A DNA stretch of 64,000 nt from Squalus acanthias (lineage: Eukaryota), in NCBI GenBank assembly GCA_030390025.1, contig JASTWF010000035.1, forward strand, positions 2,356,001-2,420,000. The letters are read 5' to 3'. Position 1 is the stretch's first letter. Each line of letters begins with the position of its first letter. Under the pieces are notes generated by a model. That model saw only the letters and a list, made by a program, of their open reading frames with translations. It was not told the DNA's origin and ran no database searches. Shown in pieces: positions 11,911 to 22,857 of the stretch. The translations under genes and the position numbers were made by a program.

Positions 11911-12437
11911 GTTTTTTATATTCGTTTCTGCGATGTGGGCGTCGCTGGCAAGGCCAGAATTTATTACCCATCCCTAATTGCCCTTGAGAAGGTGGTGGTG
12001 AGCTGCCATCTTAAACCGCTGCAGTCCGTGTGGTGATGGTACTCCCACATTGCTGTTAGATAGGGAGTTCCTGGATTTTGACCCAGCGATGATGAAGGAT
12101 CAGCGATATACTTCTAAGTCAGGATGGTGTGTGACTTGGAGGGGAACCTGGAGGTGGTGGTGTTCCCATGAGCCTGCTGTCCTTGTTCTTCTATGTAGAA
12201 GAGTTCGCGGGTTTGGGAGGTGCTACCGATCACGACCTGGCGAGTTGCTGCAGTGCATCTTGTAGATGGTACACACTGCAGCCACGGTGCGCCGGTGGTG
12301 GAGGGAGTGAATGTTTCATGTGGTGGATGGGGTGTCAATCAAGCGGGCTGATTTGTTCTGGATGGCGTCGAGCTTCTTGAGTGTTGTTGGAGCTGTACTC
12401 ATCCAGGCAAGTGGAGAGTATTCCATCACACTCCTCG
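11911..12437 (-). mobile_element. CR1/L2-group LINE 3' fragment
   Basis: RSVMEYSPLAWMS...LDAIQNKSARLI C-terminal ORF2 motif and A-rich tail. Confidence 0.8.
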
Positions 12438-12668
12438 CACACAGGGGCTGCAGAACTGGAGAGCAGAGCGAGGGAGAGAGTGGGTTGGGGCAAAAATATG
12501 GTGCAATGGGCAAGGATTTCAGCACAGGGAGAGGGAGAGTGTGTGGGACAGGAATTTACAGCTTTTGGGGGAAACAAGAGAGGAAAGATTGTTCCATAGA
12601 AAGTAGAATTGTCTGTTCTGAATTTATGTCCTGTACTTAGTGATGACTTTTGTAATCTCCTTTTTCAG

Positions 12669-13365
12669 GGTATTAGAAGGGGAGGATTTGCAGACAAGAA
12701 ACTCAAAACAAACATCACGCCAAGATCTGAGAGTCACTCGATTCATCAGGACCTGAATATCATCGGTCTTTGAATACGGAAGGAGAAATCTTTCTCTGTT
12801 CTTGTGTTTGGGAAAGGATTTTACACATCATGCGACTGGGAAAGCACTGAGACCCATTCACACTTGAGCGAGAGTGTTCCAGTGCACTGACTGTGGAGAG
12901 AGCTGTAACCAGTTACACAGCCTGAAAAAACTTCTTACCATTCACAGCGGGGAGAAACCGTACACGTGTTCTGTGTGTGGACGAGGCTTCAACCGATCGT
13001 CCAACCTGGAGAGACAGATGGACCATGGAGAAACCGTGGGAATGTGGGGACTGTGAGAAGGGATTCAATTATCCGTCTGAGATGCAAATTCATCGGCGCA
13101 GACACACAGGGGAGAGACTGTTTACCCGCTCTGTATGTGGGAAGGAATTCAGTCGGTCACCCATCCTGCTGAAACATCAGCGAGTTCACACTGACGAGAG
13201 ACCGTTCAGTTGCTTTCACTGTGGGAAGAGATTCACTTATCCCACCTCATTGAACACCAGCATGTTCACACCGGAGACAATCCGTTCACCTGCTCCATGT
13301 GTGCGAGGGGTTTCACAAGGTCATCCAGTCTGGTGAAACGCAAGCGAATGCACTCTGAAAGCTGA
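12669..13365 (+). pseudogene. C2H2 zinc-finger exon, frameshifted
   Basis: CTDCGE...[29 protein letters not shown]...[20 protein letters not shown]; fingers spread over several frames, lost Zn ligands; TTTTTCAG acceptor at 12661-12668. Confidence 0.88.
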
Positions 13366-13824
13366 CCTTTTGAAAGTTCTTGTAAGTATTGGTATGTATA
13401 GATTATTAACTATAATACACTGGTTGACATACGGAATTATATCAATATTAAGCTAGAATAACCAGGGATTAAGTTAGGTTAGAATACACTCCAGAAAGAC
13501 GCACATCTGCTGCCGAGCATGGTGAGTTTGAAGATTGAATTTAATGCCAGCAGGGTGTCTGGAGGACTGCTGGGGAGTGTGGCCAGAGAATCAGTCCCTT
13601 TTGTAAAGGACATTGGAAGCTGTGAGGGTTTGAAGTTTACAGAAGCAGGTAATTAACACTCCTGTGTGGGAGAGTAAAGAACAAACTGATAGAGATTAAT
13701 GGGCAAGCACAACGAATGATAACAGCTCACCTCCCCACTAAACCAGCAGCTCAGCTCCCCACTTAACCAGCAGCTCACTCCCCACTACATATGCAGCTCG
13801 CTTTCCCACTGAATCATAGTGTTA

Positions 13825-14480
13825 CTGTGAGGCCTGTGGGGTATATATCTGTGATACAGTGAGAGGTATGGGGTATTTCCGTGTGTTATAGTGAGGTGTG
13901 TGAGGTATATCAGTGTTAAATTGAGGGGTGTGGTGTATATCAGTGTCACAGTGAGGGCTTTTGGCTATATCAGTGTTACAGTGAGGGGTGTGGTGTATAT
14001 CAGTGTCACAGTGAGGGCTTTTGGCTATATCAGTGTTACAGTGAGGGGTGTGGGGTATATCAGTGTTACAGTGACGGGTGTGGGGTATATCAGTGTTACA
14101 GTGACGGGTGTGGGGTATATCAGTGTTACAGTGACGGGTGTGTGTTTATCAGTGTTACAGTGAGGGGTGTGGGGTATATCAGTGTTACAGTGAGGGGTGT
14201 GGGGTATATCAGTGTTACAGTGAGGGGTGTGGGGTATATCAGTGTTACAGTGAGGGGTGTGGGGTATATCAGTGTTACAGTGAGGGGTGTGGGGTATATC
14301 AGTGTTACAGTGAGGGGTGTGGGGTATATCAGTGTTACAGTGAGGGGTGTGGGGTATATCAGTGTTACAGTGAGGGGTGTGGAGTATATCAGTGTTACAG
14401 TGAGGGGTGTGGGGTATATCAGTGTTACAGTGAGGGGTGTGGGGTATATCAGTGTTACAGTGAGGGGTGTGGAGTATATC
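13825..14480. repeat. 30-bp minisatellite GTGAGGGGTGTGGGGTATATCAGTGTTACA
   Basis: About 20 tandem units, degenerate on the left and near-perfect on the right. Confidence 0.97.
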
Positions 14481-14591
14481 AAAAGGGGATTGGATAAGTG
14501 GGACTTGCTGAAGTGCTCTTGCAGAGAGCCGGCACGGGCTCGATGTGCCGTAAGGCCTCCTTCTGTGCTGTATCCATTCTATGATTCTATG
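14481..14591 (+). mobile_element. CR1 (HER1-like) 3' tail
   Basis: GGCCTCCTTCTGTGCTGTA...ATTCTATGATTCTATG; matches 24110-24200. Confidence 0.75.
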
Positions 14592-14604
14592 GAGCCAGAG
14601 ATGT

Positions 14605-15700
14605 ACAACAACAATAACTTGTATTTAAATAGCACCTTTAACGTAGTAAAACGTCCCAAGGCGCTTCACAGGAGTATTTTAAGACAAACAATTTTGACAT
14701 TGAGCCACATCAGGATAAATTCGGACAGGTGACTAAAAGCTTGGTCAAAGTGGGAGGTTTTAATGAGCGTCTTCAAGGAGGAAAGAGAGGTAGCGAGGCG
14801 GAGAGGTTTAGGCTGGGAATTCCAGAACTTAGGGCCTAGGCAACAGAAGGCACGGCCACCAAATGTTGAGCGATTATAATCAGGGATGCTCAAGAGGGCA
14901 GAATTAGAGGAGCGCAGATATCTCGGGGGGGTTGTGGGGCTGAAGGAGATTAGAGATAGGAAGGGGCGAGGCCATGGAGGGATTTGAAAACAAGGATGAG
15001 AATTTTGAAATCGAGGTGCTGCTTAACCGGGAGCCAGTGTAGGTCAGCGAGCACAGGGGAGATGGGTGAACGGGACTTGGTTCGAGTTAGGACACGGGCA
15101 GCCGAGTTTTGGATGGCCTCAAGTTTACATAGGGTGGAATGTGGGAGGCCAGCCAGGAGTGCGTTGGAATAGTCAAGTCTAGAAGTAACAAAGGCATGGA
15201 TGAGGGTTTCAGCAGCGGATGAGATGAGGCAAGGGCGGAGACGGGCGATGTTACGGAGGTGGAAGTAGGCGGCCTTTGTTATGCTGCGGATATGTGGTCG
15301 GAAGCTCATTTCAGAGTCAAATATGACACCAATGTTGCGAACAGTGTGGTTCAGCCTCAGACAGATGTTAGAGAGAGGGATTGAGTCTGTGGCAAGGGAA
15401 CGGTGTTGGTGGCAGGGCCCGAAAACAATGGTTTCGGTCTTCCCAATATTTACTTGGAGAAACTTTTTGTTCATCCAGAACTGGATGTCGGTCATGCAGT
15501 CTGACAATTTAGACACCGTGGAGGGGTCGAGAGAAGAGGTAGAGTGGTAGGGCTGGGTGTCGTCAGCGTACATGTGGAAATTGATGCTGTGTTTTTGGAT
15601 GATGTCACCAAGGGGCAACATGTAGATGAGAAATAGGAGGGGGGCAAGGAGAGATCCTTGGGGGACAACAGAGGTAACGATGTGGGAGCGGGAAGAGAGG
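14605..15700 (-). mobile_element. L2-clade LINE 3' part
   Basis: HMYADDTQ, IHAFVTSRLDYSNALLAGLP, LHWLPV...FKIL, GGRAF...GPKFWNS motifs. Confidence 0.92.
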
Positions 15701-16669
15701 CTAACTGGTATTCTGATCCTTTCTGCACAGTATGATCCCAGCCACAGACGTATCCCTCACTGCAGAGAGAGAGAGAGAGAGAGAGGCAGAGACAGTGAGG
15801 GAGCAGATACGTAGAGAAGGAAAGAAATACTGGGGTAGAGTTTGACGTTTAGTAGGTGCTATAGTACAAACTGGGTAATTGTGAATCAGCCATCCATTTT
15901 ACACCGATGGAAATAAAACTCGGGAGAGATGTAGGGCAGGATCCCGCTTCATTCCCGGAGACGGGGCTGATTGTACACCCTGTGTTCATGCCCAGTGAGA
16001 CTGCACACCAGGAGCAGAGCCTGGTCATTGTGACCCTGTGACACCTCGAGTGGGAGGGGCTCCAGCCGCTTTGTGACATCGTTCCTGGCTGCTGTGTGAT
16101 TGGCTCCTGCCTCCTGTATGATGTCACCTGGAGACAGGGCCCCGCCCCTGGTTATGGTCCATCAGTGGGATGTCAGTGTGGGAGGAGCTGGAGTGACAGC
16201 TGACACTGGGGGTGAGTTTAGTCCCAATAAACAGGGCAATGGACAGAATAGAACTATTCAATATTAAAGTAAGTAATTCAATTACACTCCTTAATTGCAA
16301 AAATAATCAAAGTGAATATAATTATGGTCAGAAAAATGCTCCCCCTGTATTCTGGAATTAATATGAATCATTTTTCTATTGACAGTCTCTGGGAGTGAGC
16401 AATATCTCAGGAAGGTGGAGAGAGAGAAGTCGAATCATCGCCTCACTGACTGGGACTGGAGAAATGTCGCTGTGTTCACAGAGCAGATCTGGTGGGATCG
16501 AGAACCCCAGTGTCGGAGACGGGATAAAACGGGAAGCTTCAACAATGATTGGAAAGGTGAGGAACTTTACTGAGAATCCCATCAGTCCAGGAATTTGCTG
16601 AGGTGAGAGTCTAACCAGATACTGGGAGCTGTTCAACATCTGCCATCAGGCTCGGCCTTTGATGAGGCA

Positions 16670-17447
16670 AGTTGAGCGGAGCTTAACTCGGAGATAAACC
16701 TTGCCCGTACCTCACCCGGGAGTGTTTGACACTTGCATGTAGTGAGATCTTTATTCTGTATTCATCCCATGCTGTACCCGAGCTGGTTGTGCTTCATTGG
16801 GTAGTGTCAAGGGAGCTGTACGCTGCACATGCTGTATTAGAGGGAGCTTTGCATGTCACCCGCGCTGTACCTGCTCTGCGAGTGTTTGAGTGGACAGTGT
16901 AGAGGAAGGTTTAGTCTGTATCTCTCTATCTAACCCGTGCTGTTCGTGCCCTTGGACTGTTTGATTGGGCATTGTAAAGGGAGCTTTATTCTGTAACTCT
17001 CTATCTCATCCGTGCTATACCTGTCCTTGGACTATTTGATTGGGCAGTGTAAAGGGAGCTTTACTCTGTATCTCGTTCTAACCGGTGCTATACCTGCCCT
17101 TGGACTATTTGATTGGGCAGTGTAAAGGGAGCTTTACTCTGCATCTCTCTATCTAAACCGTGCTGTACCTGTCCTTGGACTATTTGATTGGGCAGTGTAA
17201 AGGGAGCTTTACTCTGTATCTCTCTCTCTAACCCGTGCTATACCTGCCCTTGGACTATTTGATTGGGCAGTGTAAAGGGAGCTTTACTCTGTATCTCTCT
17301 CTCTAACCCGTGCTGTACCTGCCCTTGGACTATTTGAATGGGCAGTGTAAAGGGAGCTTTACTCTGTATCTCTCGATCTAACCGGTGCTATACCTGCCCT
17401 TGGACTATTTGATTGGGCAGTGTAAAGGGAGCTTTACTCTGTGTATA
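16670..17447. repeat. 75-bp tandem satellite with shorter degenerate units on the left
   Basis: TGGACTATTT recurs at 17101, 17176, 17251, 17326 and 17401. Confidence 0.95.
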
Positions 17448-17454
17448 ACTCATG

Positions 17455-18316
17455 CTACATGCAGGAAGATTGTGGCAAATGGAATTCAATCCGGAGAAGT
17501 GTGAGGTAATGCATTTGGGGAGGGCTAACAAGGCAACGGATCCTACACTGAGGAATATAGGAAGTGGAGTCGGCCATTCAGCCCCTCGAGCCTGTTGCCC
17601 CATTCAATGCGATCATTGACTGATCTGCGATCTAACTCCATAAACCCACCTTTGGCCCATATCCCTTCATACCTTTGGTTAACAAAAAGCAATAAATCTC
17701 CGATTTAAAATTAACAATTTATCTAGCATCCACTTCCGTTTGTGGAAGACAGTTCCAAACTTCTACCACTTTGTGTGTCGAAGTGTTTCCTAATTTCACT
17801 CCTGAAAGGACTGCTTCTAATTCTTAGACTGTGCCTCCAGTCCTAGTATCCCCACCAATGGAAATAGTTTCTCGCTATCTACTCTATCTGTTCCCCTTAA
17901 TATCCTGAAAACTTCGCTCAGATCACCCCTTAACCTTCTAAATTCTAGGGAATAGAACCCTCATTTGTGTAATCTCTCCTCGTAACTTAATCCTTGAAGT
18001 CTGGGTATCATTCTGGTAAACCTGCGCTGCACTCCCTCCAAGGCCAATATATCCTTCCTAAGGTGTGGTGCCCAGAACTGCTCACAGTACTCCAGGTGTG
18101 GTCTAACCAGGGTTTTGTATAGCTGCAGAATAACTTCTACCCCCTTGTAATCTATTCCTCTAGATATAAAGACCAGCTTTCCATGAGCCTTTTTGATTAT
18201 TTTCTGTACCTGTCCATGACATTTTAATGAACTATGTACCTGGACCCCCCAAGTCTCTTTGGACATCCACTCTTTTTAGCTTTTCACCATTTAGAAAGTA
18301 ACCTGTTCTATCGTTT
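17455..18316. mobile_element. CR1 fragments: short + piece (17455-17550) and 3' fragment on - (17553-18316)
   Basis: WQMEFNPEKCEVMHLG on +; LVRPHLEYC..FWAPHL..DILALEGVQRRFTR on -. Confidence 0.88.
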
Positions 18317-18668
18317 TAGGGTCCAAAGCAACAGCGGCGAGGCGGCGGCGGTAAAAGGCGGCAGCGACCAGGTAGGCCCACAGAGGCGGCGGACCTGGGT
18401 GGAGCAACAGCGGCGAGGCGGCGGCGGTAAAAGGCGGCAGCGACCAGGTAGGCTTTCACCAAGCCGAGAGCAGGAGAGAGGTAAAAAATAATCGAAGTGT
18501 GACGTCACCAGAAAGCAGGTAAGTGATTGGTTGGTGAGTATTTCTCTTTTTTTTATACAAAACTTCAATTCCATAGTTTATAGTTTCTCGGGTATCTGTG
18601 GTGTAGCGGAGACTGCTGGCATAAATTAACTGAAGGGAAAATAATACATTTTTAATTAATTACATAGA

Positions 18669-19625
18669 ATGGGAGAGCAGGTGATGTGTTACTGCTGCAA
18701 TATGTGGGAGCTGGTGGACACCATTGATGTTCACGGTGAACACATTTGCAGTAAGTGTTGGCTGCTCGAGGAACTCCGGCTCCGTGTTGATGAGCTGGAG
18801 TCCGAGCTTCAAACACTGCGACACATCAGGGAGGGGGAGAGTTACCTGGACTCCGTGTTTCAGGAGGTAGTCACACCAATTAGAGTAACTAATTCAGAAG
18901 TAGCCCGTGGTCAGGGACAGGAAGGTGTGACTACGAGTGAGGCAGGTACAGGGATCCAGGAGGTAGTGTTGGAGGAGCCGCAGCCCTTGCTCTTGTCCAA
19001 CAGGTTCGAGGCTCTTACTCCCTGTGTGGATAGGAGCGGGGACTGCAGGGAGGATGAGCAACCTGGCCACAGCACCGTGGTAAGGGGGGCCATTCAAGTG
19101 GGGGGAGTAAAAAGAAATGTTGTAGTGGTAGGGGATAGTATCATTAGGGGGATAGATAGGGTTCTTTGCAGCCAAGAGCGAGAGTCCCGAAGGCTGTGTT
19201 GCCTGCCCGGTGCCAGGGTTAAGGACATCTCCTCTGGGCTGGAGAGAAACTTGGAGTGGGAGGGGGAGGATCCAGTTGTCGTGGTCCATGTTGGTACCAA
19301 TGACATAGATAGGACAAGGAAAGAGGTTCTGCTGAGGGAGTTTGAGCAGCTAGGGGCCAAATTAAAAAGCAGAACCTCGAGGGTAATAATCTCTGGATTA
19401 CTACCTGAGCCACGAGCAAATTTGGCTAGGGTAAATAAAATCAGGGAGTTGAATGCGTGGCTCAAAGACTGGTGTGGGAAAAATGGGTTTTGCTTCTTGG
19501 GACACTGGCACCAGTACTGGGGCAGGAGAGAGCTGTTCCGTTGGGACGGACTTCACTTGGCCAGTGCTGGGACTAGTGTCCTGGCGAATCGAATAACTAG
19601 GGCTGTGGAGAGGGCTTTAAACTAA
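18669..19625 (+). CDS. CR1 ORF1p (N-terminal Cys motif, coiled coil, SGNH esterase)
   Basis: CYCCNMWE..CSKC, VVGDSI, CLPGARV, HVGTND, DGLHL; open 318 aa. Confidence 0.92.
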   Translation: MGEQVMCYCCNMWELVDTIDVHGEHICSKCWLLEELRLRVDELESELQTLRHIREGESYLDSVFQEVVTPIRVTNSEVARGQGQEGVTTSEAGTGIQEVVLEEPQPLLLSNRFEALTPCVDRSGDCREDEQPGHSTVVRGAIQVGGVKRNVVVVGDSIIRGIDRVLCSQERESRRLCCLPGARVKDISSGLERNLEWEGEDPVVVVHVGTNDIDRTRKEVLLREFEQLGAKLKSRTSRVIISGLLPEPRANLARVNKIRELNAWLKDWCGKNGFCFLGHWHQYWGRRELFRWDGLHLASAGTSVLANRITRAVERALN

Positions 19626-19663
19626 TTAGTGGGGGGGAGGTTTCAAGAGAGCAAAAAATAAAA

Positions 19664-22615
19664 ATGACAACAGAGAGGGTCATAGACATAGGTAGCAGTA
19701 GGGGAATCACAAATCAGAGCGTGGCAGGAAGGGACAGAGTGTGTGGAGTAAAAGGTAAAGTGGTAAAAAGTGAAAAAGCAGGAACTAAGTGCCACAAAGC
19801 ATATTTGAAAGTTCTCTATCTGAATGCACGTAGCATTCGTAACAAAATAGACGAGTTAATGGCACAAATAACTACATATGGTTATGATATTGTGGCCATT
19901 ACAGAAACATGGCTGCAGGGTGACAATGCCTGGGAATTAAACATACCAGGTTATTTAACGATCAGGAAGGACAGGCAGGAAGGAAGGGGAGGTGGGGTGG
20001 CGATGTTAATAAAGGAAGGAATCACTGTAATACAGAGTAATGATATTGGGTCAATAAATCATGATAATGAAACAGTTTGGGTGGAGATAAGGAATAATAA
20101 GGGGAAAAAAACACTAGTGGGCGTAGTCTATAGGCCTCCGAACAGTTGCAACTCTGTTGGACGGAGTATCAATCAGGAAATAGTTGAGGCATGTAATAAG
20201 GGAACATCTATAATTATGGGGGATTTTAACTATCATATTAATTGGACAAATCAAATGGGGCAGGGCTGCCTTGAGGATGAGTTCATTGAGTGTATTAGGG
20301 ATGGGTTTCTTGAGCAGTATGTAACTGAACCGACCAGGGGGCAAGCAACCTTAGATCTGGTCCTGTGTAACGAGACAGGATTAATTAAAAATGTCCTAGT
20401 AAAGGATCCCCTTGGAATGAGTGACCATAACATGGTTGAATTCCATATTCAATTAGAGGGTGAGAAGGTTGGATCTCAAACAAGCGTGCTAAGCTTGAAT
20501 AAAGGAGACTATGAAGGTATGCGAGCGGAATTGAGTAGAGTGGATTGGGAAAATAGATTAAAGGGTAAGACGACACATGATCAGTGGTGTACATTCAAGG
20601 AGTTATTTTACAACTTCCAAAAAAAATATATTCCACTGAAAAGAAAAGGGTGTAAAAGAAAGGACAGTCATCCGTGGCTAAGTAAAGAAATTAAGGATAG
20701 TATTCGACTAAAAACAAGGGCATATAAGGTAGCGAAATCTAGTGGGAGGACAGAGGATTGGGAAAACTTTAAAAGGCAGCAAAAAATAACAAAAAGATTG
20801 ATTAAGAAAGGGAAGATAGATTATGAAAGTAAATTAGCAAAAAATATAAAAACAGATAGTAAGAGTTTTTATAGTTATATAAAAAGAAAAAGGGTGGCTA
20901 AAGTAAATGTTGGTCCCTTAGAGGATGAGACCGGGAAATTAATGGTGGGAAATATGGAGATGGCAAAAACACTGAATGAATATTTTGTATCAGTCTTTAC
21001 AGTAGAGGACACTAAGAATATCCCAACACTGGACAAACAGGGGGCTATAGGGGGAGAGGAGCTAAACACGATCAAAATCACTAAGGAAGTGGTACTCGGT
21101 AAAATAATGGGACTCAAGGCGGATAAATCACCTGGACCTGATGGCTTACATCCTAGAGTCTTGAAGGAAGTGGCGGTAGGGATTGTAGATGCATTGGTAA
21201 TAATTTTTCAAAACTCCCTGGATTCCGCTAAGGTCCCGGCAGACTGGAAAACTGCTAATGTAACACCCTTATTTAAAAAGGGCAGTAGACAGAAGGCTGG
21301 TAACTATAGACCGGTTAGCCTAACATCTGTGGTAGGTAAAATTTTGGAGTCCATTATTAAGGAAACAGTAACAGGACATTTGGATAATCATAATTTAATA
21401 GGACAAAGTCAGCATGGTTTTACGAAGGGGAAGTCATGTTTGACAAATTTGCTGGAGTTCTTTGAGGAAGTAACATATAGAGTGGATAAAGGGGAACCAG
21501 TAGACGTAGTGTATTTAGACTTCCAAAAGGCATTTGACAAGGTGCCACACAAAAGATTATTGCTTAAGGTAAAAAATCACGGGATTGGGGGTAATATTCT
21601 GGCATGGATAGAGGATTGGCTATCTAACAGAAAGCAAAGAGTTGGGATAAATGGTTCATTTTCAGACTGGCAATCAGTAACTAGTGGTGTTCCACAGGGG
21701 TCAGTGCTGGGTCCCCAACTCTTTACAATCTATATTAACGATTTGGAGGAAGGGACCAAGTGTAACATATCAAAATTTGCAGATGATACAAAGATGGGAG
21801 GGAAAGTAGTGAGTGAGGAGGACATAAAAAACCTGCAAGGGGACATAGACAGGCTAAGTAAGTGGGCAGAGATTTGGCAGATGGAATACAACACTGGAAA
21901 GTGTGAGGTGATGCACTTTGGCAGGAAAAATCCTAGAGCAATTTATTATCTTAATGGCAAGAAACTGGAGAGTACTGAAGTGCAAAGGGATCTGGGGGTC
22001 CTGGTGCACGAAACTCAAAAGGTTAGTATGTAGGTGCAGCAAGTGATTAAGAAGGCAAATGGAATGTTGGCTTTCATTGCTAGGGGGATAGAATATAAAA
22101 ATAGGGAGGTATTGCTTCAGTTGTACAAGGTATTGGTGAGACCGCACCTGGAATACTGCATACAGTTTTGGTGTCCTTACTTAAGGAAAGACATCCTTGC
22201 TCTCGAGGCAGTGCAAAAAAGGTTCACTCGGTTAATCCCGGGGATGAGGGGGTGGTCATATGAGGAGAGGTTGGGTAGATTGGGACTCTACTCATTGGAG
22301 TTCAGAAGAATGAGAGGCGATCTTATTGAAACATATAAGATTGTGAAGGGGTTGGATCGGGTGGATGCGGGGAGGATGTTCCCGATGACGGGTGAGACTA
22401 GAACTAGGGGACATAGTCTTAGAATAAGGGGCTGCTCTTTCAAAACTGAGATGAGGAGGAACTACTTCACTCAGAGGGTGGTAGGTCCATGGAATATGCT
22501 GCCACAAAAAGCTGTAGAAGCTACATCATTAAATAAATTTAAAACAAAAATAGACAGTTTCCTAGAAGTAAAGGGCATTAAGGGTTACGGGGAGTGGGCA
22601 GGAATTTGGACATGA
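19664..22615 (+). CDS. CR1 ORF2p (APE endonuclease + RT) with one in-frame TAG at 22031-22033
   Basis: YLNARSI, ITETWL, GDFN, SDH, YRPVSLTS, YLDFQKAFD, GVPQGSVLGP, FADD; the frame continues after the stop. Confidence 0.93.
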
Positions 22616-22857
22616 GTCTAGGTTCGGATCGGTCATGGCCCTGTGGGTAGTGGAGCGGGCCCAGGGACCGTGTAGCCTGATTCTGCTCCTATTTCGTGTG
22701 TGCAATTTTGTTAGATGCAGGAGATGGTTCTGTGATAGTAGATAGTAGATTGGCGGTTAGGATCAGATCAGCCATGATCTTATTGAATGGCGGAGCAGGC
22801 TCGAGGGGCCGATTGGCCTACTCCTGCTCCTATTTCTTATGTTCTTATGTTCTTATG

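Larger units (their letters stand above)
18327..22857 (+). mobile_element. Full-length CR1 LINE
   Basis: GC-rich monomeric 5' UTR, ORF1, ORF2, 3' UTR and (TTCTTATG)n tail. Confidence 0.95.

Noticed and set aside
11558..11977. 139-aa Arg/Gly-rich ORF
   Set aside because: Expected by chance in a GC-rich CpG island; no domain; runs into a LINE tail
13891..14732. Repetitive ORFs (YISVTVRGVG, CGVYQCYSEG)
   Set aside because: Translations of the 30-bp minisatellite
15849..16127. Cys-containing minus-strand ORF as the next ADAM exon
   Set aside because: Lacks disintegrin cysteine spacing and convincing splice sites
16920..17447. Regular repeats as a possible CRISPR array
   Set aside because: Contiguous tandem units with no unique spacers, no cas genes, eukaryotic context
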